Below are positions 1 to 25,200 of a stretch of 64,000 nt of DNA, piece by piece. A program made the translations under genes and the position numbers. Within the stretch, counting starts at the first letter, position 1. Each line of letters begins with the position of its first letter. The DNA comes from Rhina ancylostomus (lineage: Eukaryota): the NCBI GenBank assembly GCA_030265395.1, contig JARFYF010000052.1:61167874-61231873 (forward strand). Reading direction: 5' to 3'. The notes below the pieces were generated by a model. That model had not been told where the DNA came from and did no database searches. It was given only the letters and a program-made list of their open reading frames with translations.

Positions 1-652
1 AGATGGTGATGAGGCGACGTACAGGAGTGAGATAGGTCATCTGGTTGAGTGGTGTCACAACAACAACCTCTCACTCAACATCAGCATGACCAAGGAACTG
101 ATTGTGGACTTCAGAAGGGCAAGTCTGAAGAACACACACCAGTCCTCATCAATGGGTCAGTGATGGAAAGGGTGAGCAGCTTCAAGTTCCTGGGCATCAA
201 CATCTGAGGATCTACCTTAGGCTCAACACCATCATGAAAAAGGTACACCAGCGGCTCTACTTCATTAGTAGTTTGAGGAGCTTTGGTATGCTACCATAGA
301 CCTTTGCAAATTTCTACAGCTGTACAGTGCAGAGAATTCTGACTGATTGCATCACCACCTAGTATGGAGACTCCAATCATTAAGGACCCTCACCATCCAG
401 GTCATGCCCTCTTCACTTTACCACCATCAGGGAGGAGGTACACGAGCTTGAAGACACCTACCCAGTATCTTAGGAACAGCTTCTTCCCCTCCACTATCAG
501 ATTTCTGAACAGTCTATGAACACTACCTCGTTATTCCTCTTTTGCAGTATTTATTTAGTTTTGTAACTTCTTGGTAATTTTTGTGTCTTGCACTGTACTG
601 CTGCAAAACAACAAATTTCATGACAACGTCACTATAATAAACTTGATTCTGA
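1..652 (+). mobile_element. Rex1/Babar-type LINE, 3' portion (degenerate)
   Basis: Encodes an RT C-terminal pattern YRSEI..LVEWCHNNNLSLNIS.TKELIVDFR...FKFLGINI and ends in aataaacttgattctga. Confidence 0.8.
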
Positions 653-864
653 ATGAAAGCACGGCTTTTTCTTCTGGGAATGTCCTACTCAACTTTCGAA
701 AATACAATAAACACTAAAGCTGAATCTAAAAATACATTACTGTCCATAATATGCCAATTATGAAATGTGTTTAAAGACTGAGATTGCATTTAAACATCAA
801 GCATTCACATCCACTATATATTAACCTGTGTTGGAAGCGGGTATTGCAAAGACAAAGTAGATAC

Positions 865-13470
<12,606 letters not shown>

Positions 13471-13484
<14 letters not shown>

Positions 13485-13507
13485 TACTCAATTTGCATTA
13501 ATCCTAC
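13471..13507 (-). CDS. UBE3A: Putative 37-nt start exon of the UBE3A-like gene (in-frame ATG at 13484; split AT|G giving MKREAAK)
   Basis: Minus strand tttgcag|GTAGG...ATGTTATATAAAAT|gtaatg. The next exon starts G AAA CGT and so needs a phase-2 upstream exon; AT|G mirrors the split start of short human UBE3A (MKRAAAK). Confidence 0.5.
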
Positions 13508-15529
13508 CTGCAAATAGATATTAATGCCTTGGTTTTCTATAAGATCGAAGAAGCCATTAGATTTCTCAATTTCTAAATTGTTATTTCTGCTGTCATACAC
13601 TAATTCAAAATAACAGCTTTCCATACTTTCACAGAAGTTGGGACAAATGGACTGAGTATGTATTAACATTTCCTGTAAAGTTCCCCTTTTTACAGAAAGC
13701 TGGAATTATTTGTAAAATATCAAACCTCAACCAAAGCAAGATCCTCTTACAAGCAGATTATGCTCAACTAGTCCCATCATCTGAACTCACCATCCACAAT
13801 GCCAACTTGCATTTTCTGGACGGAGAGAACCGAACAAGCTGACTCTGTTCACTGGAGATGTTTCCCATGAGACAGAGCAGGCTCCAAAGAGCATCTAGAG
13901 ACAAACCACTAAAGCCCCTATTTGTCTTGACCTCCACCATCACCAGATACCTGATGACCTCTGATGGTTTACTGCAATCAAAGCCTTTTGGACAGATTTT
14001 AAATGTCTCTGATAGTCAAAGACATTTACAAACAATCCAAATATATTTAAATAATTAAAATAAAAAGGAAAATGTGGAAACTAAATGCAATTACAAAACC
14101 TTTAACATATAATAAATAATGAAAAAATTAATACAGAGTAAAATAACAATGTTTACCTTCATCCAAGTCACCTTTCCTCCAATGATCCTCTCTGATACAA
14201 ACCCAAAGAACTAGATGCAAAATGCATCTGGTCTCTCTCTTCAGCATAAAGGGACTACTCAATAGCAAGCTGAGCAACAGTGCAGGAGATCAGAAGCACC
14301 AGCATTTTATCTTCAGCTCACTTCCCTCTTCAACATTGTCTACACATGCATGGCAGTCCAAAACACAATGAGCTACAAATAGCTGATATTGAGCAGAACC
14401 ACTGGGTGTCAGTCAGCTCAATTGACACTAGCACAGCTAATAATTGCTACTATCCTGACCAGCACAATATAAAGAAGGCAAGTCCTGTCATACAGCAATG
14501 TTACATATTGACGTGTATGCAATCTCCAATTAGATCCTGTACTCAGTTGTACAATGACATATTACAAATTAACATTAGAAAGTGCACAATTACAGGTGAC
14601 ATCTTTTAGAAAGGGCAATAAACTGAACCTCCACTTCATTCTCAACTGGTTGAGAAAGATCCCACAGCGATATCTAATGAATAATTGTGGCTCAACCTAA
14701 AGCAAAAATTGCAAATTCTACACTAGGGTTCCACACTCACTCAGTAGCTTCACACTCACACTCTCGGCCGTTCCTGGGGCTTGTTATCTGTGTACCCAAT
14801 CCCATAGGAATCACTTCCTGGATTGGAACAATTAATTCCAATACACCAAGAGATGTGTCTTTTCTGGGGGTGGGCGAAGGCGAAGTGATGAGGGAGTGAA
14901 ACGCGGCATTAACGAAAAAGAGGTAAACAGTCCACAGACAATTTAATTGTATGACTTTTACTCTTTCTCCCAAAACAAACAGGCTTACTGTGGCATGCCA
15001 ATAATTGTTAATAACAAAAATAACAAAGCAGAAAACGCTGGAAACAGCGGATCAGACAACATTTGTGCAGACTCTTACCACAGATGCTGCCTGACCCGCT
15101 AAGAGCGTCCAACCTTCTGTTTTTATTTCAGATTTTCAGCATCAGTAGACTTTTTGTAGATTAACAGATACAAACATCACTTTCCTTCATTTTTGTCCGT
15201 CTTGCCCGTCACGTAGCCACAATTTTAATACCTTCCCCGTAATTTGGGTAGAAGCTGTCGTACATCCTAATCATGGTCACACACACAAATCTGGTCCTTA
15301 AGTCTAGTTTGCGAAAAGTGAGATACAAACACTTCTTCCTGGAACAGATCTTTTCAGAGTGACCTTATGGGAAAATGCCTGAATATGGCCAAGAACTGTT
15401 GCGCATTTGAACATATTATGAAGGGCCATACTGAACTGCTAACATTTCATAGTTACCGAACGCCAACAGGCATTTCATTAAGTATTGATACCGCCCGGTG
15501 TTCCGGGTTTGTTAATTTCCCCACTGTAA

Positions 15530-15843
15530 GAACGTCACGCAAGAGTGCGGCGTGGCTGCAATTGCAACGGCAGCAACCTCGTAACCCGGGGATTTCCGCC
15601 GCCACAGGAAAGCGAGAGGAACCTGGCCCACACCAAGCTAACGCAGTCTGGGCGTTTGCTCGCCCAGATCGGGCCCCAATGACTGCGGCCAGGCTTCAGA
15701 CAGTCGAGGCCCCGCTTGGGCCGGCCGACTGGCTGGGCCCTGCCTGCTCGATTTCTAGAACTCTCGCCGGCTCGGTGAACGGCAAATGCCGGACGGGCGG
15801 GACTCACCGCTTCAGACTCGCTGGGGAGCGTGCGAGCAGCCTG
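15530..15843 (-). promoter_or_regulatory. CpG island and 3' end of probable exon 1 of the UBE3A-like gene (donor after 15808); runs into an N gap
   Basis: Sharp rise in GC and CpG content against an AT-rich background. Strong minus-strand donor GCG|gtgagt at 15808/15807. Gap 15844-16276 hides the likely TSS. Confidence 0.7.
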
Positions 15844-16959
15844 NNNNNNNNNNNNNNNNNNNNNNNNNNNNNNNNNNNNNNNNNNNNNNNNNNNNNNNNN
15901 NNNNNNNNNNNNNNNNNNNNNNNNNNNNNNNNNNNNNNNNNNNNNNNNNNNNNNNNNNNNNNNNNNNNNNNNNNNNNNNNNNNNNNNNNNNNNNNNNNNN
16001 NNNNNNNNNNNNNNNNNNNNNNNNNNNNNNNNNNNNNNNNNNNNNNNNNNNNNNNNNNNNNNNNNNNNNNNNNNNNNNNNNNNNNNNNNNNNNNNNNNNN
16101 NNNNNNNNNNNNNNNNNNNNNNNNNNNNNNNNNNNNNNNNNNNNNNNNNNNNNNNNNNNNNNNNNNNNNNNNNNNNNNNNNNNNNNNNNNNNNNNNNNNN
16201 NNNNNNNNNNNNNNNNNNNNNNNNNNNNNNNNNNNNNNNNNNNNNNNNNNNNNNNNNNNNNNNNNNNNNNNNNNNNCACCTCATATCTTCCATTTACTCC
16301 AAATCCTCACATTCTTCCTTATTTGCCTTCACACCGTAGGGCCAAAGACCTGTCCCCTCCACCTTTCCATCGCATGTTCATAGTCTCCTCGCTGGAACGT
16401 AAATGAGCGGTGGGAGACGTTCAAGGAAAAATACATTCATTAAAAGGAATTCTAGACCCCAATGGAATGAAAACAGAGAGATCCAGACAGAGAAGTGTCA
16501 GAGATCGACCACATACATGTAAGAGCAGGGTGGCAACAAAAGAGATGAAATATTGGTGCAGGATGTATCTATTGAAGAGAGTTGGGGGATTGGTCTCCAA
16601 TAAATCTGAAACCGGGACTATTCCACGTTTCTAACTAAAAGACACAACATTGCACTGGCAGGCACTGGAAAATTCATGAGGCAGACGTTACGTTAGGGTT
16701 CCATTCCTGAGAACTGTCCATAAGCTGATTTCCTTGTGAGTCAGAAACATTCATTTTCTATACTAACTCATATTGTACATACACTTAGTGTTGTTTATTT
16801 CATTTCAGTGAATGATCCCCATCGCACTACCCATAATTAAATTAATGGAATATAAAATGTATTTAGTCACTAATCAATACCAAGAAATGTTATTTTTACC
16901 AGCTTGAAAAGTACTTTAAACATGTATGGGGGAGTTTGTGTAAGAGGCTGTAGAGGGCT

Positions 16960-17325
16960 GTAGGCTCAGTCAGCTCCATAACCACCCTCCCCACCATCAA
17001 GGACATCTTCAAGAGGCGGTGCCTCATGAAGGCAGCATCCATCACTAAGGACCCTCACCATCTGGGATATGCCCTCTTCCTGTTACTACCATCGGGGGGG
17101 GGGGCGCCTGAAGACCCACACTCAATGATTTAGAAATAGCTTCTTCCCCTTTGCCATCAGATTTCTGAATGGTCCATGTACACTACTTCATTATTCCCTT
17201 TTTTACACTGTTTATTTATTTTGTAATTTATAGTAATTTATATGTCTTTGCATTGTACTGCCACAAAACACCAAATTGCACGACATACAAGTCTGTGATA
17301 ATAAACTTGATTTTGATTCTGAAGT
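16960..17325 (+). mobile_element. Rex1/Babar LINE 3' fragment
   Basis: Clearly similar to 380-652 (aaggaccctcaccatc...gccctcttc...agcttcttcccct...ataataaacttgatt). Confidence 0.75.
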
Positions 17326-17339
17326 CAGATTTCCATAGG

Positions 17340-17585
17340 TCAGGTCATTCATAGTCATTAGTTGAGTTTATCATAATATGCACTGGTACATATCTGCACA
17401 GGTGCAATGAGAAACTTGTGGCAGCATTGCAGGAACATAGCATCATATAAGCAGCATTCACAATGAAAACATGAATTATAAATTATACCCATTTTTTACA
17501 AGAAAAAATGCAATCAGAACAAAAAAAAGTCCATTTTAGTGCAAAGTGATCAAAGTGGTCATAGTGTTGCAGTGATTAGGGTAGG
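17340..17585 (-). mobile_element. 3' UTR fragment of the Rex1-type family found at 28890-30470
   Basis: Shares aagtccattttagtgcaaagtgatcaaagtggtcatagtgttgc with about 29080-29123. Confidence 0.7.
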
Positions 17586-17619
17586 ATGACATGTATTAGT
17601 ATGGGGAGCTTCTGGACAG

Positions 17620-18990
17620 GCTGGTGAAACAAACATTGGTGGTAGGGAAATTATTGAAAACATTTCTGAAGGACAGAATTAATATGCTCACAGAGATGCA
17701 GGAATTAATCAAGGATATCAGCATGGCTTTTTAAAGGGAGATCCTGTCTAATCAATTTGATCGATTTTTTCAGAGGTTATGAAGTGTGTTAGTGGGAGTA
17801 GTGTAGTAGAAGTAGTCCATATGGACTTAAGGCAAAGGTCCTACATAGAAAATTGGTCCAAAGGATAAGATTCAGGGCAATCTGGTAAATTGGATGCAAA
17901 ATTGGCTTGGGTGCAGACCACGATGTGGAGGGGTTGTTTTTGCAAATGATAGCTTGTGACCAATGGTGTCCACTGGAATCAATACTGGGACCTTTTCTGT
18001 TTATTATGTGCATTAATGATGGAGATATGAATGGAGGCAGTGTGATCAGTAAGTTTGCCAATAATGCTGTAATAATTGCTATTAATAATAATAATGATAA
18101 TCATTGGTTCCGGTGAGGAGGATAGTTTTCAGTACAGATCAATATCAATAAGTTGGTACAATGAGCAGAGAAATGACAGATGGAACTTAAACCTGAAAAA
18201 TGTGAGTACAACAGTGGCAAATTGAATTCAGTCTGGAGAACTGAGAGGCAATACATTTCGGGACGGCAAAGCCAGCAGGGAAATACATGATAAATGGTAG
18301 AATGCTAAGAAATGTAGAGAAAAAGATTTGTGCATGTCCACAAATCCTTAAAGATAGCAGGATGAGGTGTTAAAGAGGCATCCTTGAAATGTGCATTTAT
18401 CGACCAAGATGTAAGGTACAAGAGGAAGAAAGTAATGCTAGAACTGTATAAAATATTACTTAAGACACAACTAGAGCTCTGTGTACAATTCTGCTCATCA
18501 AATCATAGGAAGATTATGACAGCATGAGACTGGGTACAGGAGATTTGCAAAGATGTTGCCAGGGCTGTAAAATTATAGTTATGAGGAGACTTGGTACATG
18601 AGTTTGTTTTCTTTGGAACATAGGAAACTGGGAGAAATGTAATTGAGATGTAGGTAATTATGTGAGGCTTAAATAGGTAAGAACCTATTTCCCTTGGCAG
18701 AGAGCCAGAAACTAGGTGACATAGTTAGTTAGTTCTTATAAGGTTTAGAGTTGAGAATAAAAATAAATATACAGAAAGTGTTGGAAGCATTGGGAATTCA
18801 GTGTCTGAGAAGGTGGTGGATCCAGAGGTGGTGAAACTCTCACCACGTTTAAAAGTACCTAAATCAACAGTCTGAATCACACAGACTACAGGCCAATGGA
18901 TGGGATGGGAAGTGGATTCAACCCACAGTACATTTTTGGTTGCACAGGCAGTATGGGCAGAAAGACTCCCTACGTGCCAAAATTATCTGT
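17620..18990 (+). mobile_element. CR1-type LINE, 5'-truncated and degenerate
   Basis: QHGF.KGRSCL.NL, ILGPFLFIMCIND.D...ISKFAN remnants. Confidence 0.75.
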
Positions 18991-20454
18991 GATTGAGGAT
19001 GCCTAAAGAAGTCAAACAACAACAAGTTGTGCATAATAAGGGCCTTTATCCTGGACAACATGACAGGTTAAATCCTTTAAGTGGAACAATATGACTGACT
19101 TTAAGTGGGCTAACATTCACATGTTCTTTGTTTTTATAATGAAGTAATTCCAGCTGTAGCTCTTATCATGCTTATTCAGTACAGTATATTTTTTCAGTTG
19201 TGAAATAAAGCAACTTTTCTTTCAAACCAAAGTTTATCACAGCTGGTGTTAATTCCATTCACTCTTGGATAGCTTTAAGGAATGAACATCTGTAAGATAC
19301 AGAAGTTTATTTCAGATCACAAGGGAATTTCACTGTAATATTTCTGGGTTCAGTTGCTGTTACTGTTATATTTCTGGGTTCAGTTGTTGTACAAATAGAT
19401 ATGGGGGCAACTTCTTCAATAAATTAATGCTTAAAGAAACATATGATGAATTTGAGCAGGTATCTACAATGGATCCATGTTCATAAAGTTAATGGTTTAA
19501 ATTCTAAAATTGATTTTAGCTATTTGTGGACTGAAATTTTTTGGAAGTACAGCACTATTAAGCTTGTACCTTATTGTTCCTGTATTACAGCCATATTAAT
19601 AATTTTGTTAAATCTTTAATTGAGAAAATTAAATGGCATCATAAGGAAATCATGATATTTATTACAGAGGATGATGAATAAATGTGATTAAAATAACATT
19701 CATTTATCTCATATTTTTACTAGAACAACACAAATAAAAACAGATAGAACTGGAAAACATTGAATCAAAGGAATAGTACCAGATATGGGTTTTAAGAAAG
19801 TGTAGTCATTAAGTAATTGGTCTCTGATGAGAAGAAGAATAGGGGAACAAGTGGTAAACCAAATTCAGAGGAGCTGAATTCCAGAGATGCATAGCTGGTA
19901 AAGATCATTCTGATAAAGAACAGCAACAAGATGATAGGAGTTAAAGCTTAAATTTTGAAACTCAATTACCAGTACATCGGGAGCCTATGGATGTTGGTAA
20001 GCAACAGCAGTATGGATATGTGAGAGAAAGAAGACTTGCAATCAATTTTCTGGAATATGCTGAAATTTGTGAGAAGAGGCAAGGTGTGCTTCAGTTAGTA
20101 AAATCCTTGAGGATTTCAAGGCGACGGCATCAGAAGAAATAAAGTATGGGGTCTTAATGAGCAATGCACTCAAACTGGATGATTGAGATTGGCAGTTCAT
20201 GATCTATAAAATCCCTGCTCAGTGCTGTGCAAGACACTGAGGTGATATGTGCAAAAGATGAAGACAAGTTGCTGGAGTTACATTTCATGCATTTGGCTGC
20301 TTATGCTACACACTTCCTCAGGACCAATGTCACAGGCTACTCTCTTAGGAGACTGTCTCTCAAACTAGAGTCTGCCATTATATCATTGTAAATGTGAGTT
20401 CCAACCAGAATGCTTTAGCTGTGCTCTACAGTATATCACGTGCTGCACAGTATC

Positions 20455-20765
20455 AGCTGTGACTGCATAAGTTGCACTCTAGCTTCTGAGTAAGGAGCTT
20501 GTGTGTTCAAATTCTCTTCAGGACACTTAGCACAGAGTCTAGGTTGACGTGCAGCATAGTACCTTTCCAAACAACAGGGGGATCCTTCTTGGTACCTTTT
20601 CCAATATTTATCACTGAGTCAACATACTGATTAAAATAACTCTCATCATTATCACACTGCAGTTTGTGTGAATGCTATATGCACCAATTTGATGACAAAT
20701 TTCTTACAACAATGAATTTGAATATAGCTCTTGTACTTAATTGGCTGTAAAGCACTCCAGGAAGT
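20455..20765 (+). mobile_element. SacSINE/DeuSINE-like old SINE
   Basis: cttctgag...gttcaaattc...cttagcaca..tctaggttgac head and acttaattggctgtaaagcac tail; family assignment from memory. Confidence 0.5.
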
Positions 20766-21829
20766 TCATAGGTGCCAGTCTCTGCTAATCTCCTTGTCTA
20801 AAAAAAAGCTAGTTTTTTTCTCCAATTCAGCCTTTTCATCGAGAACTTGAAATATATCATATGAAGCACACCTGGGAACCTTTGACATTAGTTGGCCTAA
20901 AGTCATTTCAGATTGCAGACTCTTACTGGAAACGTGTAGCCACACAATCAATGCCATGTATGCGCTCTGCTTTGATGGCAGATCTTTGGCCTCCTGCAGT
21001 GATATGACACTTGTTCCAAAGTCCGAAACTGCCTGATAATTTCTAATAACATACGGGACACTCCGGATGAAATAAAAAACNNNNNNNNNNNNNNNNNNNN
21101 NNNNNNNNNNNNNNNNNNNNNNNNNNNNNNNNNNNNNNNNNNNNNNNNNNNNNNNNNNNNNNNNNNNNNNNNNNNNNNNNAAAACATTCTCAATGGTGCC
21201 CCACTCCTTATGAGCTCGCTCGTCTAGTCTCTTACGGCACCAAAACAGATATGGCCAAAACATATTAAACAATCCCATGTAGTTGGAAATACAGTTGTTC
21301 TCTCTCGACTTCTTTGCTCTGCAAACTTCAATTTGTTGACAATCTCCTTCCCTCCACATCTTATTCTTCCCTTACTGTTGCTAGCAGGTGCATTAACTTC
21401 CTAAAGGGTCATTGGCGTTAAACGTTATTCAAGCAGAACATTTTGGAAACAGTCAGCAGCTCAGGCAGCATCCGTGAAAAGAAAAACAGCGTTAACGTCT
21501 TGGGTCTTTGAGAAAAACACAGAAAACTTTTCCAACATCGGCACATTTATTTTCCATCTGAAACGTGAACCCCACCACCCTCTCCACAGGGCTGCACGAC
21601 TTGCAGCGTTTTCCGTTTCAATTCTCGGGATCTTTGTCGGTGCAGAGGTCGCCCTGACTGACCTGGGTTGCAGCAGCGGAGAAAGAAACAGATTCAGCCT
21701 TTCGGGTCAATGACCTTTCATCGGAAAGTGGCCTTTGCTTTCAAATGTCCAGTAAATCCCAGAGACCCCCGGACAACTGGACGATCTTCCCTCTCCACGC
21801 CTCCTCACACAGGCGGCAAATTGGAATTG

Positions 21830-21950
21830 GGTATACGTCATCAGTGACGTAGACGAAGACTGAAACTACAATTCCCACCATGCAACATTTTTTAAAACCA
21901 GCGCCCATGCGCAGTAAAACGATGCCGCGTGTCCGATGGGCATGCGCAGT
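21830..21950 (+). promoter_or_regulatory. NFXL1 proximal promoter with paired CRE-like sites, a ZNF143/THAP11-type motif and NRF1-like motifs
   Basis: TACGTCA-tcag-TGACGTA at 21834-21851; ACTACAATTCCCACCATGCA at 21865-21884; CATGCGCA at 21906 and GGGCATGCGCA at 21938. CpG-rich and about 100-200 nt upstream of the ATG. Confidence 0.75.
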
Positions 21951-22043
21951 GGTGTTAAGTTGGTGGTGCTGGAAATAGAACTGGATGGAGTGGCAGGTGG
22001 CCGGCTTGGCGACGTTGTCGTTGTAGGGTCGCGGAGGGAGGGC

Positions 22044-22242
22044 ATGGAGCCAGCTTGGCGGCAGGCTGGTCGAGGCCGGGGGCGAGGACGTGGGAGAGGT
22101 AAAACAAACGTCGTTCAAGTGCCTGGGTCCGGAGGACAAGCTCAGGCCGGCGGTGGAGATGCCAGGCCCGCGAATGGAAGGGGCTCCAGTCTCAGCACCG
22201 CCGCCATCACCGGGTCAAGGAGTCAGCCTGATGCAAGTAATG
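22044..22242 (+). CDS. NFXL1: NFXL1 coding exon 1
   Basis: ggcATGG Kozak context; [20 protein letters not shown]. Donor AATG|gtaaat, with an alternative same-phase donor after 22236. Confidence 0.88.
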
Positions 22243-25200
22243 GTAAATAATCCCGTGCAGTGGAGAGCGGGCACGGAAATTGGTGGAGTTGCGCATATGG
22301 AGGAAGGTTGTCAAAGGATAGAGCAGGATATAGATCAATTGCAGTTATGGGTGGAGAAATGGCAGATGGAGTTTAATCTGGATAAGTGTGAGGTGTTGCA
22401 CTTTGGGGATGTATATAGTAAGTAGCAGGACCATTGGAAGCATGGCTATACAAAGGGATCTTGGGGTGCAAGTCTGTGGCTCCCTGAAAGTGGCAACACA
22501 AGTGGAGAGGATGGTAAAGAAGGCATAAGGCATGCTTGCTTTTTGGTTGGGCCATTAAGTTAGAAATTAGGAAGTCAGTTGTAGTTGTATAATGCTTCGG
22601 TTAAGACAAATCTGGTGTAGAGAAACAAAGGACTGCAGATGCTGGAATCTAGATGAGAATCTATGATGCTGGAGGAACTCAGCAGGCCAGGCAGCATCTG
22701 TGGAGAATAGCAGGTGGTCAATGTTTAGGGTCAGGCCCCTTGTATAGTTCTGGTTACTACACTTTAGGAAAGATGTGGAGGCTTTGGAGAAGGTCTAGAA
22801 GAGGTTCACCAGGATGTTGCTTGGATTGGAGAGTATCAGCTCTAAAGAGACGTTAGACAAACTTGGATTGTTTTCTCTGGAGTGTTGGAAGCTGAGGGGT
22901 GACTGAACAGAACTATATAAAATTAAGAGAAGTACAGATAGGGTAGATAGTGTCTTTTTCCCCGGATGGAAATGTCAAATACTAGATGGTATTAAGCTGA
23001 GAGGGGAAAGTTGAAAGTAGATTTGTGAGGCAAATTCTTTTTAGACAGTGGTAGGTGCCTAGAACATGTCACTGGGGGAGGTGATGGAAGCAGATAGAAT
23101 TGCAAAGTTTAAGAGTCATTTAGACAGGCACGTGAACAGGCAGGGAATAGAGAGAGATGGACTATGTGCAGCAAGTGGGATTAGTTTAGATTAGCATCAT
23201 GGTTGGTGCAGACGTGGTGGACCAAAGGGCTTGATTCTTTGCATTTTTCTCTGTTCGATGAAAACTAATGTCTTTGTAGGCATGTAGGCATGTAAAAGGT
23301 TGTTAACTGATTTTCCCAGTATAACAGTGAAGGACTGCCATCTAAATTTACCTTGAACTTTTGATGCTAATTTCAGTTCTTTCTGCTAAATGATTGTGGG
23401 ATGAGGGATTGCAGAAATGTGGTGGACCAGAGAAGCTGTGTACTTGGAACAGGGAAGTTGGGTGGATATTTGATAGAAGCATTTAAAATCATGAATTGTT
23501 AAGTAGAGAAAATAAAGGTAAACTGTTGCCAGTGGTCAAAGGAAGGATAATCTGAAATAACAGATTTAAATTGATCAGCAAAAGGAGGTGATGGGAAGAA
23601 AAATGTATAATGAGCAGTAAAGATAGAAAATTTATGACTCATTTGGTCTATTGTGCCAATGCCAGTTATCCTATCCTCATCTTCCAGTATAAGGCCTGTA
23701 ATTGCATTACACAGCTTTAGAGGTACACATGCAAGTACTTTTTAAATGTAATAAAGGTTTCTGCATCTATCAATGCTTTGGTCATTGAAATCACGATTAC
23801 CCAATGGATGAAAATTTTCTTCCTCATCTTCTTCCTTCTACTGATTTACTCTCAATCTATGAGAGAGAAACCAAACATAGAAATGTAGGAAAAGAAACTG
23901 AAGTGCGGAACTAACAGGATTGCTTTTCAGAAGAGCTAGTGTGGGATTTGTCGGCTGAATTGTCTGTTCCAGACATCTGAAAATGAAAACTCACATCGTG
24001 GGGTGGAAGAGAATGCTGGACCCCGAGAAGGATGATCAAAAAGGGTTTTTAAAATCTGTGAATTTCAAGACCTTGTGATTAGAGTCTGTTGCTGTAACCA
24101 GCTGCAGCCCTACAAGCCTCTGAAAAATTTCCCTCCACCAAATATAGTCTCTTGCACTTTGATTTTATTTGCTCCACTAATGGTGATTTTGCCTTAAGAA
24201 CACAAAAAACACAGAAGTAAAAATAGGCCGCTAGGCTCTTCGTGCTTGGTCAGTCTTTCAATAAGCTCATGGCTGATCTTGGTACAGTGCCACTTTCCTG
24301 CATATTAGTTTTATATGGATTTCTCGATTTCCATAATATCCACAATTTAACCTATTTAGTCCATCAGAATTTTGCATGATTCAATAAAATTCTCTCATCC
24401 TTAAAAACTTAAGGGAATGTAGGCCCAGTCATCTTGATCTCAGGAATCAATCTGATAAGCCTTTATTGTACCCCCATGAAGTACTTTTTGTTTTTAGTTC
24501 AGATTCCCAGCATGTGTAGTTCATTGAGTTTCTATTGTATGCCCTTACTTTTGATCTAATATCTTTAAAGTCTGTTGTTAGTTACATTTTCTGTTCGGTA
24601 CCCTTATACAGCACAGAACCAGGGTCTTTGGCCCACATGTCCATGCCCACCCTTGTAAAGGGAAATATGTTATAAACTGTGTGTTATATCTTTAAATTTT
24701 AGTTGTTTCTTGTTTACTGGTATCTTTTAATATGGTTTACTAATCTAACACAACCAACTCAAACTCAGTCCTCAAGTGTTTGTTGCATTATTCAGACGTA
24801 AGACCCTAAATTCAGGTCGAACTAAATCACTTCATTTTAAAATGAGAGAGCTTCATATTGTAATCATTGTTTCCCCAAAAGGCCCAGTAACTATTAATTC
24901 ATCAATTAACCCTATCTCAATACTAGAGCTAAAGAAAGCTGTTCACTTTTTGGATCCTCAACACGCTGATCTTAAAAAGAATTCTGCAAACATTCCTTGA
25001 AATCGTCCTTCACGGAATTGTTTTCTCTGTCTATATGTTGATTAAAGTCTCCCATGATTATTTCTGCCTTTGGTACTTGCCCTTCTAATTTATCGTATCC
25101 CCTCCATTGACACTACTGTTGGGGGGTCTATATCTTGCATCAATGAATGTTTTGTGCCCTTTGCTTCACTTAAACGTATTCTACTTTTTTTAATTTCTTG

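Noticed and set aside
14157-14162. ATG AAG as the UBE3A-like start (MK...)
   Set aside because: The donor is phase 0 while the AZUL exon needs phase 2; splicing would give MKET-stop.
15367-16406. Long ORFs (338, 252, 206 aa etc.) in the ORF track
   Set aside because: They are inflated by the N gap and GC-rich CpG-island sequence, with no recognisable protein. The same applies to the other X-containing ORFs.
19337-19390. Short tandem duplication atatttctgggttcagttg(c/t)tgt
   Set aside because: Only two copies, consistent with local slippage; not an array.
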